This document shows positions 49,572 to 57,874 of a DNA stretch of 57,874 bases, piece after piece; the first letter of the stretch is position 1; each line of letters starts with the position of its first letter. Under the pieces are notes generated by a model. The model was not told the DNA's origin, made no database searches, and saw nothing but the letters and a program-made list of their open reading frames with translations. The translations under genes and the position numbers were made by a program. The DNA comes from Octopus bimaculoides (lineage: Eukaryota): the NCBI RefSeq assembly GCF_001194135.2, contig NC_068988.1:83490156-83548029 (forward strand), in the 5' to 3' direction.

Positions 49572-50012
49572 CAAAATGCTATCTAACAGTGTACGATAAC
49601 TATATGGCAGTGAATTAAAACAATTTTGTGACTGAAATGTGCAGTTGAAATCAGAATTTTAAAAACTTTTCTACACAGTATCGACATTAATTGCTTATTT
49701 TTAGTAAAAGCTTTCTTATGTAGATTTGATATTTTATCAGTTGAAAGGATTAGTTTAAAATTCTGAAATAAAAATACTGATGTAGTTTTATTTAAAATAT
49801 GAAAATTACAAAATTCAAGTGAAAGATTGTATACGAAATCGACATAAACGGATTGATATTTTAAATAAAAATTTTGTAGATTAAGCTGATGTCAAAAGAA
49901 ATCAAGACCTCTTAAAGAGGAACAGTAAAAAAAATTTCAAGTTGAGAGGAAGTTTAAAAAATCTTCGCTTAAACGAAGTGCCAAAGTAGTAGTGATACTA
50001 AACAGAAGTTTC

Positions 50013-50848
50013 GGTTAATGTTTACGTAAACACCCGGCCACAAAAAAAAATAAATAAAATAAAGTGTAATAGGTGTGAAAAATGCGTATTAAACGAATAT
50101 GAAAAACAATTTGTGCCAACGAACCCGACTTAAGTTAAAATAAAATTTAGATTCATTCATCTTTCGTTTGAGCAAGGGCGGAGAGAGTATTAAGAGCCCT
50201 TGGGCATAACTTTACCGGGTCCCTTTGAATGTATTTTAGAAGAGTTAACCTGTAGAGTGCGGGTCCCTCACAGATCCGGGCCCTCGGGCAGTGTCCGATT
50301 GACCGACGGCTCAGTCAGCCCCTACGTTTGAGTAATAAATTTTTTTTTTTAAAGATCCCAACGGTGATGTGCTAAAACAGCTAAATCGACCTTAACTTTT
50401 TTCATAGTGAAACCATATTCAACATCGTATTTATGAATTTGTGTCACCACGATACATGGGATCTTTTTTAAAACCTTTTACTCAAACGAAAAATGAATGA
50501 ATCTAAATATTTTTCAAACTTTTCCATTACACTCAAGCAAAAAAATAATTTATGAATTTCTTCCTCTTCGAAAGTGCTTCCCTCACCACCTCTGAAAAAA
50601 ATTTCCCCAGAAATTTCTTTATAATCGTAATCTATGCTGTTTGAAAAGGTTACTTATATAAAATTTCATCAAAAGATATCCATTTTCCTTAAAGTTATAA
50701 GGGAAAAAAATCGGATCTTGTGAATTTTCCGAGAGTCCTCTCTTCACTCCGATTCGTTGGCACAAATTTGTTTTCATATTTGCTTATTACATATTTCTTA
50801 CACCTATTACACTGTTTTGGTGGCCGGGTGTTAAAATAAACATTAACC
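50013..50848. mobile_element. Second related MITE with ~110-bp TIRs and inner inverted repeat
   Basis: Termini GGTTAATG...CATTAACC; flanks GAAGTTTC / GCAGTTTC (7/8 TSD); shares GTGTAATAGGTGT and AACGAATATGAA motifs with 49049-49571. Confidence 0.8.
50173..50324. mobile_element. 152-bp hAT-like MITE nested in the second MITE
   Basis: Perfect 8-bp TSD CGTTTGAG at 50165-50172 and 50325-50332; imperfect (C/T)A(A/G)GGGC termini; GC-rich. Confidence 0.8.
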
Positions 50849-53800
50849 GCAGTTTCTTACAATGAACATTAAGTGTGTGGTAGGTAAGTTTGTAAACAAC
50901 TTAAATATTAGGTGCAAGCTACAGATCTGAATATGCCGCACCTTCGTCAGTGACAGGTTGGAAAAACTGGTTGTTTATCGAGCAGGACCAAGGAGTCATG
51001 TAACGACTTGACATGGTCTCAAACTAGGTGTATTATAACTATAGTTATAAAAATTACAAGGCCAACCAATTACTGGGGTCGATTTCTATTCCTATAAGGT
51101 GAATGGACTTGTAATAGAAAACAAGGTCGAGATTGTTTCACGCTGTCTCCACAAATTAAAATATATTCATTCTTCTTTGCTAGGAGTAAAAAGATTTGAT
51201 AAAATATGTAGGTCGTCACTAAAAATGTGTTCCAATCGCAACTATCGTCTTTTCTGTACAGAAAATTTGAAATTACTTGTTCTAGTTTAAAAGGACAACA
51301 AGTAGGATTTAAGGGAGATTGGGTTATTTCTAACAAGTCGTGCAACTGTTAAGGTTACTTCATTGAGCGGCAATGACTACTAAATGGTACTCAAACAGAA
51401 ACAGGAAATGATGTAAGAGACTAAGAAATAAAACGAGAAAGATTTCATTAATTTATGTCAATGGCGAGACAACTTCGTAAGACAAACAGTCCGATTAATT
51501 AGTGGTTCACAACAATCAAAACAATATTTGGAGCCTTTTGCCTCAAACTGTCCAACATTGAACACAATTCTTCATTACTCTAAGAATTACTTTACGAGGA
51601 AGAAAGTCCTAGAGACTATCTAGTACAAACATCAGTCTGCCTACCCTACAGATAATATATTTAAGAACATCCGGCAGTGATAGAAGTGGGTCAACAGACC
51701 GACAGAAGGACTATAAAAACTACGTAGTTTATAAAATACTTTCACCTTAACACTAAGTTCCTTTCCCACACAACCAGACGTAAAATATTTTGAACAACCC
51801 ATTCATCGATGGGAACAATTTCTTTTGATGAATTGTAACGCTGACACAAAAAGAACGTTAGCATTGAAGGATGAAAGGACCAGCAAGTGTGGTGAATTTG
51901 AATATAAAGATTTGCTTTTCTTTAATTTAACGAGCCAACACTTACAGTAGTCGGACAATCCGACAGACAATTAGGCAATATAGGTAGACCGACATTATGC
52001 GTAAATTCATTTAAACGTGGATTTTTATCCCCATTTAACTTTTACTCGTTTCAATCAGTTGACTGCGATCATGCTGGAGCACTGCCTTTAGTCGAAGAAA
52101 CCGACCCCCAGGACATTTTTTGTAAGCCTAGTACTTATGTCGGTCTCTTTTACCACACAAACACACCAGATCATAATTTACTTTTTAAAATCAGAAACTG
52201 AGGCAATGGTTCTTAAGTCACTGAATCCGAGACGCACCGCAGATTTAAAATTAGTCATACTGTGTGGTAAGAAGCTTGCTTCCCAACCACATGACTATAA
52301 GTCCTGGGGTCGATTTCTTCGACTAACACCCTTTAAGGCGGTGCTCCAGCATGGTCGCAGTCAAATGAAACAAAAGAATATATGCTAATTATGCTTAGTA
52401 AAATTACGAACATTTAAAAATTTACCACGCACCCAGAGATAATTCTTCCACTGAGTAAATTAGTGTTAGTGCATTCACAAGTGGAAACCGTATGATACTT
52501 CATTATTGAATATAAGGTGGTGAGCTGGCAGAATAGCTGGTGCGTCGGACAAACTACTCAATGTATTGAGCCAGAAGAAATGCTGAGTTCACTGTCTTCC
52601 ATCCTTTCGGTATCGATAAAATAATAGTCGACCACGGAGGTGGATGTAATCGACTATACACCTTCCTCTAAAAATTGCAAGCGTTTAACCAAAATCTTAC
52701 ATTCTGACAACGTAAGGCAGCAGAATCATTAGCACGCCAAACAAAATGCTTAGCGGTAGTTCTTGCGGATTTACGTGGAGTTCAAGTTGTACCGACGTCG
52801 ACTTTGCCCTTCATCCTTTGGAGTTGATGTAATCGACTAGATTCCTCACAAAACATTTCAGGCCTTGTGCTTAATATAGACAAGATTATTCTGAAAACAA
52901 CTATTTTCAGCCAACTGATATATAATACATTTATAAAACATTGCATTTGAATTACTATTTAAGGAAGTTTAAAAAATTGGGGGGGGGGGGGGGGTAAATT
53001 CCACGTTTAAACATTCTAACAACGTACAGGAAGTGCGGGATGGTCACGAGTGAAACGCGTTTGGACTAAGTTTCATAACAGTTGTCGTAAAGGTATGGAA
53101 AACCGGGGGCAAAGATGTAAAAAATGATCTTCGGAAAAAAAATATTCCAAATCGTAATTTGTATTGTATGCAAAGAATGGTGCGCGGATGAATACTGCAC
53201 TTTCCCTTTCCTATGAGGTATGGAACTTCAAAGGATGGCATTTCTACAACTCCACTAGTATTGGATCAGCAATTTGCTTAAACCAAGATGGTTTAATCAA
53301 TTGGAAATTGCACAATTCGTTTAGTTAGTATTAAAAAAACAAAAGCATGCAGAATTTTTCCCTTTACGAAATATTACAATGTTAAATTTTTATTATTTAT
53401 TTACAAGAAATTTGTTTCCAAATGTCCTTGCTATTGATTCTTCCAAGAAAATATTTTGCAGGCTATTCAAATCCGAGCTTACGATCCACTAAATATAATT
53501 CTTTTAGCGAGTCATTTGCATTAGGATTTACGAAGTTTTTAAACCATTAATGTGAATTTAGTATTCCAGTTTCACTTTTGTCCCCCAGCAGCTACTGTTC
53601 AATAATGAAGAAAAAATGTCAGGTTAAATCCATCCATGTAGAGAGAAAAGCAATTACTGCAATAACAAATGATCGTCAGTGATTAACTAGTCAAAGACCA
53701 AATAAAAGCTAAAAGGCCAAAAGTTCTTTAACAGAAGAGGAAATGATAAAAATCAATATTTCATTCTTAAACTATCTGACGCAACCATATCCTCCGCCCA

Positions 53801-55194
53801 CGAGAGCTCACAAAGCTTGAATGAGAAAAAAAACAAAAAAACTCGGCCGGTGAACAAAATGACGCCAGCTGCTGATTGACAAAGTGAAAGTGGAGTCACT
53901 GACAGCGTTTTTACATTTACACGAAGAGAAACAGCACTGCTTTTGCGTGATCTTCGATCTACTAGTTAGATCTCGCAAGATAACTCAAAACATGTCTCTT
54001 ATCTATCCCACTACGTTTTCCTCCAGAAAAAAATTACCAAGTTCCATTTATTCTTAGCTCCAATCTAATGTTATCGCCTGCTTCCCATTACTTTATAAAT
54101 AGGAAGGCAATCCCATTCGTTGGAACATTTTAGTCAAAACAGACTCGCTAACTAGTTTAAACATTTTGTACAAGACATCTGTCCTTGTTTAGTCCCAAAT
54201 CAACGACCTCCAAACGAAATGGCAGTTTGACAAAGTGGGGCTCTAATACTCAAAGTTCGCCTTATGGTGATTTTTTAGTTTAGCATGCCACATTAATTTC
54301 CTTGAAGATTAGTTAGTGGCCGTGGAATATTCTTTTGACGCAGTGCTGCGGTCAAAGGTTTGAACGTCAAAAGAATCAACGAATCAAAATTTGTCCTTTT
54401 TTTTTTTTTCGTTAGAGAAAAATACCCAAGGGAAATAAAATATGCGATAATGAAAGCATTAACTTTCAATTTTCTCAAATAACTCGAACGAGTTAAAAAA
54501 AAAAAAAACGTATTTGAAACAATGAAAAATTGTGTATCATAGGGCGGGTTCAATACACCTCGATACCATTTGGAGATGCAAGAAGTGTAATGAGTTTTCA
54601 GTGAATTTCACGTTTCCAAATGACCCACGGTTATATTTTTCGATTATTTTTTCGTTTTTTAACCTTTCACTTGTTTCAGTCAGACTGCGGCCATGTTAGG
54701 GTACCTGATTTTCAACCAACGTATGAAGTTAAACCTAAAAGATATCTACACTTCGTAGAAATAAAAACCAAATATCTTAATTTTTTTTATAACCCCCGCT
54801 TTATTTTCTAAAAATCTGTCATTGGACTACGGCCATGCTGGGGCACCAGCCTGAATTTTTGGTCGCAGAAAAATCAGCATTTTAAAATGTTTTCTTCTCT
54901 CAGCGATTACAGATTAATGAGAATAAGTTGACCTTTTGAATTTTATCCGGCCGATGAAGGTCTAACAGAATTATGGCGCCGAATGCTAGTCATTCAAACG
55001 TACTTACCGTTTTTGTTTCTACACATTTATTAGAATTCAGACAAAGAGCCTAATGTTCAGTTATTCTATAATTGGTGTTACGGTTGATTTATTTTAAAGC
55101 TTTAAAATTCTAAAAACGAGGAAAATAATTGAAATGCAGGGAACATAGCATTGTGAGGGACAGCTGTCTTGACACCGTTTTTCGATTGACTATA

Positions 55195-55262
55195 TTTTGT
55201 TTACACCTATTACAGTCATTTTTTTTTTTCGTTTTTGAGCTCGGGTCAAACGCTTTAGTTTG
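55195..55262. repeat. Solo terminal fragment of the 49049-49571 MITE family
   Basis: TTTACACCTATTACA...TTTTTGAGCTCGGGTCAAACGCTTTAGTTTG. Confidence 0.75.
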
Positions 55263-57080
55263 TAAGATTTGGCTGTTATTTCTTGCGCATGTGGAGAGAC
55301 CTAGACTTAACTATGTGCTAGTTCAAAATCATCTGAAGATTCTGGGGTCGATACATTCGACTGAGAATTCAAGGCGGTGCCCCAGCATGGCCGCAGTCCA
55401 GTGAATGAAACAAGTAAAAAGATTAGAAAATAAAAATAACCAAAAATATAACAGTTATAAAAAAAAGATTTGGCTGTCATTTCTAGCATGTCGAGAGGCT
55501 GTCTAGGCTTAACTTCATACGCTGATTGAAAATCTAAAAAATTCTGGGATCGATACAATCCACTAAAATTACCCCAGCATGGCCTAGACTGCAACAAATA
55601 AGAAAAACAAATGAATTACATCACAGAAGTGGTTTTGATCAAGCTTTAAAAATTCTGGGTTCCAGACAGCCATCTAAGAATTCAAAGTGGTGCCCCAGCA
55701 TGGCCGGCAGCAGTCTAATAACTGCAGGGAAAAAAAAAATCTGGGGTCGATAGTCAACTAAAAATTCTAAAAGGAAAAATATAACAGTGGGGCTTTTGTC
55801 CAGATCTCTTTTCAAGACGGTGTTTAAATTCATTGATAAACGACTATGTAAGCAAAAATGGTTTCTTTTGCTTTTATAATCCAATATATCTTTTCCTCGG
55901 TTGGTTCTCCTCCTTAAACATATTTATCATTATTCATTTAAAAAGAAGTGGCTGTTATTTTTAGTACTGTGAAAATTTTAAAAATCGGTATGTAAAAAAG
56001 ATTTTCATTATTTTTGTAGATTTTATATTTTTAACATTCTTAAGTGGTTTTTGAAGTGGGTATCCTGACTGAGAAAAAGAAATTGTCACGTGTCGAATGA
56101 TGACATTCACAAATTAACACCAGCCAAGTGTTATAAGAACCAATTAATCATAGAATTGCTAGTTTACAAAAAAAAAAAAAAATTAGGGGGTAACAGTGCA
56201 AAATATAACCGAAAGGAGGACTTAAAAAAAAATTGAAGACATTTAATGCGATAACGATTTAGTGGAAAATTGCCACATGCGACCTGGACAAAACGACGTC
56301 AGTTACAGATTGGTGCACGTCCATGAAAATGAATGATGCTATTGGTATCAAATAGCTATCAGTAGAATCATTGTAGATATTTCCAGTGTGTGTGTGTGTG
56401 CAAAAGACCAATTGAGACTGTCAGTAAAGATATAATTTGAGCAGACAGCAAAAGACATTTCCTTGGACAAATGCCAAGGCAGAAGAGCAGACACTGCTCA
56501 ATATTATAAGTGCTCGTAGACCAATAGCCGAGCAATTTTCATTTGAGAAATCCACTTCATAGAACTGACCATTCCACACCGCTTTACAGGGAAGCACAGT
56601 GAGAATTTGGTCAATCCTAGTAAATATTTAAATCCCACGCGTGTATTGAATACCTTTGGTCTCCTACCAAGGAAGAATTGAATATCAAGACCTTTTTCAA
56701 AAGTTACCCGAATGATTTTGAGTAATGGTGGTTCAATGATAGATACATGAGCATGGTAGTTATGCAACATTTGAAAATATTAAGGTTGCTATTCGTGAAC
56801 AAAGTTCTACGATTGATTATCTGATACATTCGCAGTTCTATAGTATTGAAATTAGATTTGTTGAAAAAGCCGATCGAGTAGTGACTTAAAATGATTCAAA
56901 ATTACTATTGTCTTCAATATAGCACTTAACTGAAATGAAAGCTGTTTACGTTCACAGTTGGGCTGACCGTTTCCTTATAACTTGCAGAAATAGGGTTATT
57001 TTTTCATGAAATTTTCCATAAATACCTTACACAGTGTTATGTTACGATTATAACTGAGTTTAATGTTAGAAAAAAAAATT

Positions 57081-57460
57081 GGTGTGGCTGTGTGGTAAGT
57101 AACTTGCTTACCAACCACATGATTCCGGGTTCATTCCCACTACGTGGCACCTTGGGCAGGTGTCTTCTACTTTAGCCTCGGGACGACCAAAGCCTTGTGA
57201 GTGGATTTGGTAGTCGGAAACTGAAAGAAGCCCGTCGTACATATGTATATATACGTATGTGTGTGTATACGTGTTTGTCCCCCCAACATTGCTTGACAAC
57301 CGACGGTGGTGTTTACATCCCCGTAACCTAGCGGTTCGGCAAAATAAACCAATAGAATAAGTACTAGGATTCCAAAGAATAACTTCTAAGGTCGATTTGC
57401 TCGACTAAAGGCGGTGCTCCAGCATGGCCGCAGTCAAATGACTCAAACAAGTAAGAGAGA
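57081..57460 (+). mobile_element. Young full-length tRNA-derived SINE (family A)
   Basis: GGTGTGGCTGTGTGGTAAG head, GGCACCTTGGGCA core, (TA)/(TG) spacer, GACTCAAACAAGTAAGAG tail, CpGs intact. Confidence 0.9.
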
Positions 57461-57874
57461 TAGAGGCTCGCACATTAACACATCACAAAATGAAACTTGA
57501 AATTACAAAAATAATTGTGATGCGTGTCAATATGTATAACTGCACCCCATATTAAATTCCGATCTAACTCATTTACACCATCTGAAAAATATTTGTACAA
57601 AATTTCACAAAAATATCCATTTTTCTGAAGGATATGAGGAAACAACGCCGACTTGTTAATTTTCAGAAACTAACACGCAGAAAAAAAGAAAAATTTCCGT
57701 AACATTCCGATACAACTAAAATCTGCATCACCTGAAGCACATTTGAAAAAGAAAATTGCATTAAAAAATATCCATTCTTCTGGAAGTTATGAGGAAACAA
57801 AATCGGGGGAGCACACTTGTGGGTCGATATAAAAACCTTCACCCGGAAAAAAAAAAAAAAAAAAAAAAAAAAAA

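Noticed and set aside
52979-52994. Poly-G runs (also 1-10 and 41354-41365) as G-quadruplexes linked to PIF1 biology
   Set aside because: Homopolymers of uncertain length at or near contig and gap edges; no specific link to the gene.
56440-56770. Minus-strand ORF 56504-56770 and an alternative frame containing WNGQFYEVDFS (superficially WWE-like)
   Set aside because: Only a few residues of resemblance, with an in-frame stop nearby and no supporting splice sites.

Overview
Eukaryotic, AT-rich, repeat-dense genomic DNA, most likely an octopus. That assignment is inferred from the SINE and LINE-tail families. The window holds two convergent intron-containing genes. On + is a PIF1 DNA helicase: probable non-coding exon ending at 395, ATG at 2844, 11 coding exons found, stop at 28320. 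On - is a typical 2-Cys peroxiredoxin (Prx1/2 type): ATG at 45109, 5 coding exons, 193 aa, stop at 31925. The introns carry many tRNA-derived SINEs, RTE-type LINE fragments, a rearranged mariner, an internally deleted Gypsy element with both LTRs and a nested young SINE, and a FLYWCH/MULE remnant. Upstream of the Prx lie two related, nested-palindromic MITEs. There are three N gaps. Two observations stand out. (1) The short exon that should encode the PIF1 Walker A motif (GSAGTGKS) is not findable, although its flanking exons splice in frame. (2) The long last Prx intron contains a well-formed, in-phase 154-nt candidate exon that would replace the VCP resolving-cysteine/YF tail with a different Cys-containing C-terminus. 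All analysis was by eye; no database searches were run.
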